Origin: Raillietiella orientalis
Lineage: Eukaryota
Assembly (NCBI GenBank): GCA_036172245.1
Contig: JAYWIR010000111.1
Span: 62,001-126,000, forward strand
Direction of reading: 5' to 3'
DNA: 64,000 nucleotides
Each line of letters opens with the position of its first letter. Positions within the stretch are counted from its first letter, which is position 1. The notes beneath the pieces are model-generated. The model saw nothing but the letters and a program-made list of their open reading frames with translations. It was not told the origin of the DNA and ran no database searches. Shown one piece after another: positions 25,460 to 36,485 of the stretch. The position numbers and the translations under genes were made by a program.

Positions 25460-27383
25460 ATGTCGTCCCAACTTGAAGCTACTGAAGTTGGAGGAACAGC
25501 ATCCGGATCTGCAATCGCGGAACCGACGGCCGCCTCCACTTCGTCTTTCTCGCCAATGGAGAGAAGTTTTGCTGACGTTGCTGCCACAGCAGCCGTCAAA
25601 GGGAAACCACTCGACGAGTCGGAGTTGCGGGCATACGTAGCCCAAGGCTATAGACCTGCTCTCCGATATAAGGTGAGTGGTTTTCTTTCTGCGCGCGACG
25701 GGAATCCGTTCAACGATGAACTGACCCGTGTTGGCGTGCGGGAGGAGGACCTTCTCGCCATTATGCCCGTAAAAGACATGGGCTATTTCAAGGTGCGTTG
25801 CAAAGACGCTGCACTTGTGCAACGCTTGCTGCGCACCCCGTTGTCGATCCGTGGCCAGAAGGTCTTCCCGGCCGCCATGGACGACTTATTTTTGGTGGAG
25901 ATTTTCGACATCGAGTCGGAAATCTCCGATACTGATATACGGAACGCGTTGGCGAAATTCGCCACGGTCCATGCGCTGTGGAGGGTGCGTAGCAACCTCA
26001 AGGACTTCCCGTCCATACACAGCGGAGTCGCTGGAGTCCGGCTTACAATGCCGGACCGCTGTCTGCTGCCCACCAAACTACAGGTGAAAGACACGGTCGT
26101 TCACCTGTGGTTCGTGGGCAAAGTAAAAACGTGCGAGCAATGCGGGAAGGAGGGGCATTGTTTGGATAAATGCCCCTCTGGAAAATGCCGTTATTGCAAA
26201 CTATCCGGGCACCAATTGAAAAATTGCCCGGATCTTTTGCGAAAAAAGGCAGCCGCGGAGCTCCATTTTAAAAAACAAAGCGCGGATAAAAAGAAAAAAT
26301 CTGCGAAAACCCTGGAGACCCCACGGCAGAAATTCGGTAAAAACGCGAGGCGGAATGTCGCCCCAAAGCAGCAGGAAACCTCGCACGCGAAGCCCTGCGC
26401 ACCCCCTCTCGCGGCAGGGGAGCCGCAAAAGAAAGGGTGCGGGGAATCCGGGGCAATGGTAAGTCACCCTAGGCGCAATAGCTGTCCTTCCCAAGCACGC
26501 CCGGCTCTCTCGGAGTTCGAGCAACCGGCGGGGACGCCAATGGACAACGGCGGTAAGGACACTTCCAGTACCGTCAGATCCATCCCTTCACCTCCTGCAG
26601 TGGCTGAGAAGCCCAAATCGGGTAAGAAGGTTTGTGCCGTGTCGACTTCGAAAGTCGGCAAAAAAAAAATCCGCGTCGCGATCCAACACCGCGAAAGCGG
26701 AGAAAAATCTCACGCCGTCGCAGTCGGAGAGCAAGCTCTGGACTGGCGCGGATGCCATGCCAACGGAGGGATTAAAAGCCCTTCCGAAAGCAGCGTCCAT
26801 GACGAGCGTGTCGGAGTCATCGAAAGTGCTCCCGTCCAAAGACGCGGATGGCTTCAAAGATGGCAATGGAGCACAATCTCCATTTACGGCGCCACGCAAA
26901 GTGAGGAACCGTAATGAAGTAAAGAAGACTTCAGCAAAGGTCCCTCGGGCAACTGCGCGTGAGCACGCTGAAAACGCGCGCGCAGGGAAAGCAGCCGTCA
27001 CCAAAAGCGATGCTCTGGAGACGGAAAAAGACAACAGGACAGCTGTCAATCCAGCAGAACCTGTCACTGCTTCGCGGAAGGCCGAAACCCGATCGAACAT
27101 GCGCCGGTCGGACTCCGAAATGGATGCCGTTCCGATCACCGAGACGAGGACAACTCGTTCGAAAGCGTGTGCGTGCCGATCAAAAGTAGGCAGCCAGGCA
27201 ACGCTCGCCGCGAAGCAACGCGAAGTCTCCACGAAACCCGACGGGGTTCAGCCTGGCGTGGAGGCATTACATGCATGCAGCACGACAGAGGACGGTGGCG
27301 ACCGTCCCCTCCAGCCAGTCGTGCTGCTCGCCGTCTGCTCGCCGGATAAAGAGAGCAAAAAGCCGCCACCTTCCCAGCAGTAA
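25460..27383 (+). pseudogene. B1 ORF1 (two zinc knuckles), frameshift in the A-run at ~26660
   Basis: Knuckles CEQCGKEGHCLDKC and CRYCKLSGHQLKNC. ORFs 25436-26914 and 26634-27383 join. Confidence 0.9.
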
Positions 27384-30300
27384 TGCGGGGAATCGCGTCT
27401 TCTCGTCGTCTGTCCGTAACGTGTTGGAACGTGAACGGACTGCAGAACGACGAGAAGAGGCGATTAGTAGCCAACGCCCTGCGCCCCTTCGACCTCGCGC
27501 TCCTGCAGGAGATTCACGTAATCTCCGACAAGCAGACAGCCGAAATGGAGCAGCGCGCAGGCAGAACGCTATATTGGCGGTGCGGCGGCGCACACACGTG
27601 CGGCGTCGCGTTCCTCATCAGAGAAAAAATGGCGGAAGCGATGCATAGTGTTCGTTTCGATGACAACGGACGGATAGGCCAACTTGTCATTAAGTGATCC
27701 GAATCCATCGTTCTCGTTGTTACAAACGTCTACGCGCCGAGTGGCTCTCGCTACCTTGAAGAAGGAGTAGCTTTCTTTGGTGAGGTGCAGAGCCACTAGC
27801 TCAACAACTCCGCCTTCCCAGTGGCGCACATCGTCGCTGGGGACTTCAACGTCCGCCTGCTCTCCGACCCTTGGAGCCGCCCGAGGGAGCGCGCGCTGCC
27901 CATCGAGATGTGCGCGTCCGTGCACGCCGCCAACTTGATGGTCAGCGAACCTGGAATGGAAAGATCGCTCGATCACGTTTTCCTCGATGAAAACCTGCAT
28001 TCGCGTGTGGGTAGGAGAGGAAGATTGTTGACTGAGCTTTCTGACCACCACAGATTGGAGTTTGAGATCCTTCCGCCAAGCAGGGGACCTCCGTTGCAAA
28101 GCTGGAGGATGCAAGCGGATTGGCTTAGCCAACCGGAGGCTGCGGAGCATCTACGTGGATACCTCCGGGGCTTTGCCATTCAAGAACTTGCGGACTGGGA
28201 CGATCTCAAAAGATCTGTCCGCGAGTTCTGTTGCCAATTCCCCTTGCACCGGCTTCCACGCGGTTTCGGAGAGGGCGTGGCCAACAGTAGAGACTTTCTG
28301 CAGGCCTGCACGTTTTCGAGACGCGCGGATGTCGGGCGTCTCGCAGAGTACAAGGCGAGGGCCGAGCGCCAGGTCTGGCAGTCCGGAGCAGCATGCCTGT
28401 TGGACGACAAGGGCCAGGAATGTTCGGCCCCAGCCGAAGTACGCCGCATTGTGTGACGCTACTACTCCTCGCTCTACGCGGAATCCCCGACGGAGGATAT
28501 TCTTTCTGAGATACTCCTGTCTCAGGATGCTCGTGTTGTCGGCGAGGAGGAACGCGAACGTCTCGACGAGCCCTTCACGGCGGATGAATTTTCGTCCGCC
28601 ATCGCTGGGCTGAAGAGACGAAAGGCGCCAGGCGAGGATGGGCTGCCTGCAGAGTTTTATCAGTGCTTTGCAGTGGAGCTCATTCCCTTGATGCTGAAAC
28701 TCGCGACGCTGATGAGTGAATCCGGGAATGTCCCGGATTCCTTCCGCTCAGCGAAGGTGCGTCTCCTGCCGAAAGGCGGAGACTTGCGTCAACTTAACAA
28801 CTGGCGTCCGATCACCTTGGTGAACTCGGACGTCAAGTTGTTTTCCAAGCTGTGGGTCGCGCGGTTAGGAAGAATCGCGGAATCTGTGGTGAGCCCGGAA
28901 CAAACCTACGCGGTTCCGGGACGATCCATGGAGGCGAACATCCTTTTCGCGCGTACATGGATGCAGCTGCAGGACGTTGTGGCGCAGCAAAGCCAGGCTG
29001 CTGCGAAAGTCACTGCCGCAGGCAAAAAGAACAGGCGCCGACGGCAGGAGGGAACGCCAGGTGCCTTGGCGGTCGCGGTCGATCTCCACAAGGCGTTCGA
29101 CTGCGTAAACCAGAAGCTGCTTTTGGAGCTTATGGAACGCCTTGGGGTCCCGGCGCAACTCCTGCTGTATTTGCGCGCGTGCTGGCGCCACGCGCTAACC
29201 TGCATCACTTTTAGCGGCTGCCGCGTGTATGGTATTCCCGTTCGTAGGGGCATCCGACAGGGCGACAGCTTCAGCCCGTTGCTCTTCAGCATCTTCTTTG
29301 AGTTGGTGCTAAGAGCATACAGGCTGACGCTGTCTCACTTGCCAAGCTCCTGCCCGGGAACGCCTGCCGTGGCCGCCTACGCTGATGACCTGCTTCTTCT
29401 GCTCCCCATGTCCACCCCGGCGTCCAGTGTCGAGGATTTCTTCGACCTGATTCGTCGGTGAGCGGGCGTGAGCGTGAACAGAGAGAAGAGCGTGGTCGTT
29501 CCTGTGGGTACGTCGTGGGAGGGGCAGTCCGACTGGATCCGCCTGGGGATCCCCACGGGCGGGTACTTTAAGGACCTTGGCGTTCCGTTGGGCGCTTTCG
29601 GCGCAGCCGAAGCGTGGGCGGACTGTCTTCAGAAAGCAGAGTTGGCCATCAGCCCGTTCTTTAACGGCAAGTTTACCTTGCAGGAACGGGCGACTATTTG
29701 AAACACCTTTGTGGCCCCCCTCCTCCGTCCCCTGTTTTTTGTTTTGGTCCCTCCCTATGCGGCGAAACAGCGGGCTGAGCGCCTGCTCAGGAACGCACTC
29801 TGGGGTCCGGCGAGATCCAAAATCCGCCTTAAAGATTTGTCAGCTTCGCGTCGGGATGCTGGTTTGAGTATCCTGACAATGGAGCGACTCGGACTGCAGG
29901 TGCAGTTCCGACTGCTGGCACTGTGTGCCCAGCTATGGACATCCCCCCTGTGTGTGCCAGCTCGCATTCTCCTGCGGAGATGCGCCGGCAGCGGAGGATT
30001 TCTCTCGCTTTTGCCGGGCACTCAATACAGGAAGCAAGGTTTCGGGTTTCCATTGCGGCAGTTGACCGCACTTCTGGAAGCACACTCTTGGATCTCCTGC
30101 CGCCCAATGAACTTTGAAGCTTGGCGGCAGGAGTCTGTTGAATCCTGGGTGGCGTTCCAAGGAATACGCCCTGAAGATCTTCGCCCCCTGCGCCAATTTT
30201 TTCCACGATCCTTGGAAGAAGTACTGCAGGACGAGGTGAAGTTTTCTACCCTGGCTGCCACGCCTCTTGCCGCAGCGCTGTCTGCCCTCAGGGCAAGAAA

Positions 30301-30977
30301 CGACAGTTACCAAACGGCGAGGTGGGAGGTTTCCTGCACGATAGCGGGAAGAACCAAACTCCTTGGCACCTGGAAGACAAGTGAGTTGGCGGACGCCTCC
30401 ACTCCTCGTTTAAACTGCAATGGAACTCCTCCGGTGGGCAGAAGAACTTGCTGTCACCCCCGAAGAACTTGTAGTCCCTCCACAGTGTATTGACGGTTCG
30501 CTGCTCTCCCTTGCTTGAAAACAAGCCATGGTGCTTTTCGTTCACTGGTGTTTTCATTGCAACGAGCGTTGGCATCCTGACTCCTTGGGACTTGCGTCTG
30601 CGAACTGATTTCGTAGCGGATCGACGGAGTCGATTCTGCACCTACTTCTGGACTGCGGTGTCCTACAAGGACTGTGGCGTAGGCTGGCAACAGCACTAAG
30701 GCATCCCGTGGACACCGCAAGAGACTTGCTGCGACGATTCTTCACGCCGAGCGGGCTGTCACTAAGCTCACGAATTGCAACCATCGGTTGCATACGCGCG
30801 TTAGTTTCCGTCCGCCAGGCGTTGGTAATCAACGGACAGCACCAAGAGGTAATCAGCAAAGCATCCTTCTACATGGGAGCATCCGCTAGATGGCCTCATT
30901 TGACAGAGGAGACAAAGAGGAATCTCGCCGCAATACAACGCCGGTTTACACACCCTCATCAGCGGCCAACCCGGTGA
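27383..30977 (+). pseudogene. B1 ORF2 (APE endonuclease-RT-CCHC), several stops
   Basis: CWNVNG, AGDFN, LDHVF, SDH, KAPGEDG, NWRPITL, DLHKAFD, RQGD and AYADD. Confidence 0.92.
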
Positions 30978-31298
30978 TCATTGCCCTACCCTCCATAAAC
31001 TAAATTTGTATTTTCTTTTTACACCCGCGTCCCCATAGGCTCCGGAACATTTGAGGTGCTCATCGTTTAAATCCCCGTGAGTACGGAGCCTAACCAAAAA
31101 CCCTTTTCCCTTCCCTCCAGTTTTTGATTTTTGTTTGTTTCCCCTCATTCCCCCCACGCTGCGAGCGGTTTGTTTACCAGGCCTGCGTGGCGGTAATTTT
31201 TCTATGTTCTCTGTCGTTCTGTTGGTTGGGGACATTGTCCCTGACCAGTTTATTATTATTAATAAACGCCCCGGCGTGACCGGGTGATAAATTTCAAT

Positions 31299-34200
31299 CT
31301 CCGTCTGCTAACAGGTGAGCCAGAAACACAAGAGAACGCGATGAACGAGTTGTGCGCCGCCATGCGTGCGCGCAACTTGTTCGCGGGTGAGAGGGGGATG
31401 GTCCGCAGCATCGACCACGTCTTCCTCGACGCTGACCTGTGTTCACGGGTCGGCAAACGGGGGAGGGTTGCGTCGACGTTGTCGGACCATTCCCGGTTAA
31501 TTTTCGATATGCGGCCTCGTGACAAGGGACCGCCATCCAGGGATTGGCGTCTGCCGGGGGACTGGACGCGACTCTCAGGTGCGAAGGAATACCTTCGCGA
31601 ATACCTGAGAGGTGTCACGCTCCGGAATCTCCAGGACTGGGACCTTTTTAAGGAATCGGTCCGCGAGTTCTGTGAGCAGTTCCCCCTGGATCGCCTGCAC
31701 CCCGGATTCGGCGAGGGTGCTCGCAACCATCGGGCCTATTTACAGGCTCGTAGGTACGAGAGAACCCCTAATGTCCGTCGCCTGGCCGAGTACCGCGCCG
31801 GGGCCGAACGCCAAGCCTGGCAATCCGGGTCGGCCAGCTTGCTGGACGACCAGGGCCGGGAATGTTCGTCCCCGGCGTCGGTACGGCATCTCGTGCGGAG
31901 TTTCTATTCCTCCCTTTACGACAGGCAGCCCCCGGATCGAAACGCCTCTCGGCGCTTGCTTCCGGATGGCGCCCCGGCAATAGGGGAGGAGGAGATGGAA
32001 AGCCTCGACGAGCCTTTTACCACCGGCGAAATTCTCGCCGGTATCAAAAGGCTCAAGAGGCGTAAAGCTCCAGGGGAAGACGGCTTGCCCGCGGAGTTCT
32101 TTCAGAGCTTCGCGGAAGAGCTGGCACCCCTGCTGCTTACGTTGATCAGGCTGATCCGAGACGAAGGCGATGTTCCCGCCTCGTTTCGGTCAGCCAGAGT
32201 GAGGCTCCTGCCGAAAGGGGGAGACCTCAGGGATTTAAAGAACTGGCGTCCGATCACGATCGTGAATACGGACGCCAAGTTGATCGCAGGGCTATGGGCT
32301 TCGCGTCTGGGGCAGGTGGCAGAATCCGTAATTAGCCCGGAGCAGACTTATGCTGTTCCCGGGCGAAGTATGGATGCCAACCTCTTCTTTGCAAGCACAT
32401 GGGTGCACCTGCAGAGAAGAGAGAAGAAAGGGATAGGGAAAGTCGGCAACCCCACATTGGGGCCGCCAGCCGGGCTGGGAAGGGAACCCCGGGCGGGGAA
32501 GGGGGCCCTAGCGCTCGCAGTCGATCTCCACAAGGCGTTCGACTGTGTAGACCAGGAACTTCTCTTGGAGCTCCTGGGTCGCATGGGCTTTCCACCCTCC
32601 CTGATTTCCTACCTGCGCTCTTGCTGGCGGAACGCGATAATTACCGTCTCTTTCAGCGGTCAAAAGGTGTATGGCGTGCCGGTGCGGCGGGGCATAAGGC
32701 AGGGAGATAGCCTCAGCCCCCTGCTCTTCAGCACCTACTTTGAGTTGGTGCTGAGAGCGTACAGGGTGACTTTGGCCCCATTGCCGAGCTCGTGCCCCGG
32801 CACGCCCGCCGTAGCAGCGTACGCCGACGATCTTCTGCTTTTGTTGCCAATGTCCACCCCGGCAAAGGCGGTCGGAGACTTCTTCGATCTGCTCAGCCGC
32901 GGGACCGGACTGCAGGTTAACAGGGCGAAGTCGTCGGTTGTGCCAATAGGTGCGGCGTGGGCAGGGCAGCAGGACTGTGTCCGTCTGGGGATCCCCACGG
33001 CGAGGTGCTTCAAGTACCTTGGTGTGCCGTTGGGGGACTACTCCCCTGCGGAAGCGTGGTCCAGCTGCCTCCAAAAAGTCGAGACGGCGATCTGCCCGTT
33101 CCTGGAAGGCAAGTTTCACTTGCCGGAACGGGCCGCGGTTTGGAACGCCTTCGCGGCCCCCATCCTCCGCCCCTTGCTTTTTGTTTGCCCCCCCACCGTG
33201 GAATCCAAGAAGACGACGAAGGACCTCCTCCGTATCGCCCTTTGGGGCAAGGGGAGGCCCCGAGTCCCACTGAAGGACTTGTGCGCTCCGCGTCGGGACG
33301 GCGGTCTTGGCCTCCTGACGCTGGAGCGCGTGGAAAAGCAGCTGCGGTGGCGAACCCTCGCCATCGCAGCGAAGATGTGGAGCACCCCTTGGTGCACTCC
33401 GGCCCGCCTCCTGGCCAGCCGTGTGTCCCGGTGCGATGGACTCGCGTCTTTTCTTCTGAGCCGTGACCGGAAGATGCGAAGATGCGGCCTACTGCTCGGG
33501 CGCATGGCAACATTGGCCAAGGAGAACAGCTGGTAGGTTTGCTGCCCCGCCAACTCCCCCGCCTGGCTGGAGGAGAATATCGGAACGTGGGCAGTAGTCA
33601 ACCAGAGAAGCCACGAAACGTGGAATCGTCTCCGATGCAGCCCCTACGCCCGCTGCACGCTGCGGAATCTCCTGGAGAGTTCAGCAAGATGCACGTGGGC
33701 AGAGACGACCTGCCTAGCTACGGCGCTACCCTTTTTAAGGAGGGCACTTCACAGCACCCGGACGCCAAGGTGGCAAGTCTCCTGCTGCATCGAGGGACGG
33801 GAGAAGTTGATCAGCGGCTGGACAACAGGAGAACTGGCCGACGCCTCGACCCCGAGCGTCCAGCCGCGAGGATTATTAAGATGGGGCGAGCTGCTCGCCA
33901 TCCCCAGGGATGAGCTGAAGGGGCCCCCGGTGATGAAGGAATCCAGGATCCTGCCCCTCAAGTGGCAAGAGTCGGCGTTGCTTTTGTTGCACTGGGGTCT
34001 ACCCTGCAACGCGCGCCGCTTCCACTGGACGAGGGGAGCTGTGGATCCTGCGTGTGCCAGGTGCGGGGAGCGGGAGTCGCTTCCACACCTTATTGTGGAT
34101 TGTGCTGCCCTCCGACCCCTTTGGGAACGGTTCGGGACGACCCTCGGGCTCCCTACGGGCAGCACCCCCAGAGACGTTCTTCGGCCCCTCTTCGTGAAGG

Positions 34201-34427
34201 ACGCACTGCAGCCAGCCGCAGCCATCGCAGCCTTGTGCTGCGTCCGTGGCATCGTGGGGGCATGGAGCGACGCCAACAACGAAGGAGTGGGTCCACAGGC
34301 GAGGGATGTCATCCCGTATGCCCAACGCTTCTTGCGAAGAGCTGCCGGATGGCCCCAACTGGGGAATATGCAGGCTGACCTCGAGGGCTTCGTTCGACGG
34401 ATGGGCCCTCCCCACAGCGACCAGTGA
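31299..34427 (+). pseudogene. A1 ORF2 remainder (C-terminal endonuclease, RT, CCHC)
   Basis: Open from 31299 to a stop at 33534-33536, then continues to 34427. Motifs IDHVF, SDH, DLHKAFD, RQGDSLSP, AYADD and CARCGERESLPHLIVDC. Confidence 0.93.
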
Positions 34428-34602
34428 TCCCGTCCCTGCCCTCCAACTTCTTTTTGTTTGTTTCTTTTTTATTTTACTTTTTGTCTCATCCCCATCCCCC
34501 TTCGCTGTCGGGGAGTGCCACGCCGGGCTGCGTCCCGGTGTCCCGACAGGTCCTGTGTTTACGGCCGTGGTGGGGCCTTGTACCACGCATGTAAAGTTTA
34601 TC

Positions 34603-34633
34603 AATAAACGCCCCGGGCGTACCCGGGTGGCAA
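34603..34633 (+). other. Conserved 3' terminus: AATAAA, GC hairpin, terminal AA
   Basis: AATAAA CGCCCCGG GCGTAC CCGGGTG GCAA. Equivalents occur at 31261, 40260, 48642 and 55388 (+) and at 11235, 14975 and 20124 (-). Confidence 0.85.
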
Positions 34634-34739
34634 CGCCGAATCCCTTGGCGAGTGGACGTGTTTTTCCTTCGCTCCCGAGTGAGTCGACAGGAAGCGGTTT
34701 TTTCTATTGTTGTTTGGTGTGGAACATCGTTGGTGTCCG

Positions 34740-36485
34740 ATGGCAGCAATGCCTGAGTACACCACGATGGAGGTAGGTGTGAGGGAGGCTTGCCCACCCC
34801 CACAGCCTAGAGAATCAGGGGCGTCCGCCCCGGAATCGCCCTCGCCGCCCAAGGCGAGGAGCTGGAGCGCCATGGTGGCCTCGCCGAACGCGGAAACCGT
34901 GGACGAGATGGCGGCTTACCGGGCAGCTGGGTACAAGCCCAGCTTGGTGTATCAGGTAGGCCCCTTATTTGACGGAAAAACGGCACGCGCGTTTTCGAAA
35001 GCGCTGCAAAACGCCGGAGTTAGAGAACAAGATCTTGACGGTTTGTCCGTTCTCAGCGGAGGTCAGCGAGTCGAGGTGGTGTGCAAGGAGATCACCTTGG
35101 CTCAGACTCTGATCACCAACCCGTTGAACGTCGACGGCCGCAAGATCTTGCCGGTGACGATGGACCGCTCCGTGGTGGTCCATCTCACTGGAATAACTAG
35201 CCGTATGATTCGCTCTGCGGTAGCACAAGAACTTCGGAAGTTCGGCGAGGTGCACGCTCTGTGGCCTAAGCCAACAATCTTTGAAGGCTTCAATAGCCAT
35301 TTCGGAGGTCAGGCTGCAGCGCGGGTAACCGTGAGTAAGGATTGTGGGCTTCCCCACAAGCTGGAGGTCGCGCAAGGGAGCGTGGACCTCTGGTACGTGG
35401 GAAAGCTCCGGTATTGCGGCTACTGCGATACCGTAGGACACCTTCGCAAGAGGTGTCCTAACATCCAATGCTACATGTGCGGGGAGAAGGGCCACGTTCG
35501 ACGTGTGTGCCCAAAACGCCCCACCCCGGTTCCTCCTGCAGCGAAAAAGGCGCAGGGGAAACGCGCACTAAAGGTCGCAAAACCTATGGCGGACGATGGC
35601 CGGCTGAAACTGCCAGATCCTCAACCTCCAAAAGAAAAGACGGAGGGTAAACCTTCCCAAGAGGCGGAAGGTGAAGAGGGCTGGCAACTTGTAGCAGCCA
35701 GAAAAGAGAAAAAATCTCCTTTAAAGGAGAAGAAAGAGAAGCCGGCCGGTAAGGCAAAAAAATCCGGGCCGCGTTCGAAAACTTTACGCGAGTGCACGGT
35801 GGCACTGGAACGTATCATCGTTCCGGAAGATGCCACCCGGGTCGACGGGCCTCCCCTCGCCGTTTTCGTCGCGCCCGAAGTTCGCGACTGCGAACCCTCT
35901 GTGCAAACAGAGGGTGCGCCGCGCGACGCGTCGGTCGACACCGAGGACGCCGCGCTCGCAAAGGTGGCGGAGGAGCTCGCGGCCACGCTGGCGGAGCGTG
36001 AGAACCCCTCGCGCAAGGCCGTGCGAAGGCCGGCACCCGAGAAAAAGGCCCCCACAGGTGAGTCGGACCTGGGGGCCGGAAGTGCATCCTCCTCCTCGGA
36101 GGCACCCCTCAAGAAGTCAGGACGCAAGTCCTAGAAACCCAGGAGGCGCCTCCCTTCCACCAGTGTGGAGAAGCAGGAAGGTAGCGGTAGCGTGGGAATC
36201 CCGGAGGGGGAACTCCCACGCTCGGAAGCCGTCGAGCCGGCCACCCCCATGGAGGAGGGTGAGCAGGGGGGCGAAGTCCTCCCTGCAGTCACCGAGCCTG
36301 AACAGCCCGCCCCCTTGGAGGAGGGCCAACAGGAAGGCGCGACCCCACCTAAGGGTGACCCGCTCGAGGCGCCGTTACCCATGGAAGAGGGGGACCAGGT
36401 GCACGCAGCGCCTGACCCTCCTCCTCCACCTAGCGTCCCGCACCAACAGGTGGCGGACGCCGCATCGCCATCTTCCCAGGAATAA
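34740..36485 (+). pseudogene. A2 ORF1 (one premature stop at 36132-36134)
   Basis: ORFs 34707-36134 and 36165-36485 are in the same frame; two CCHC knuckles. Confidence 0.9.

Larger units (their letters stand above)
25381..31290 (+). mobile_element. Family B copy B1, full length (5910 bp)
   Basis: Flanked by the ATTTCAAT TSD. Has 5'UTR, ORF1, TAATG overlap, ORF2, and a 3'UTR ending (TTA)n-AATAAA-hairpin. Confidence 0.95.
23069..34633 (+). mobile_element. Family A copy A1, full length (5647 bp net), carrying nested B1
   Basis: Flanked by the 15-bp TSD and collinear with uninterrupted A2 (5642 bp) once B1 and its TSD are removed. Confidence 0.95.

Noticed and set aside
27690..30520. Several TGG to TGA/TAG changes in B1, suggesting deaminase editing
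   Set aside because: Only a handful of events, and biased by looking at stop codons; not separable from ordinary decay without full alignment statistics.
31284..33536. 750-aa ORF as a functional standalone RT gene
   Set aside because: It starts at a GTG inside B1's terminal hairpin and is simply the remainder of the interrupted A1 ORF2, ending at a premature stop.
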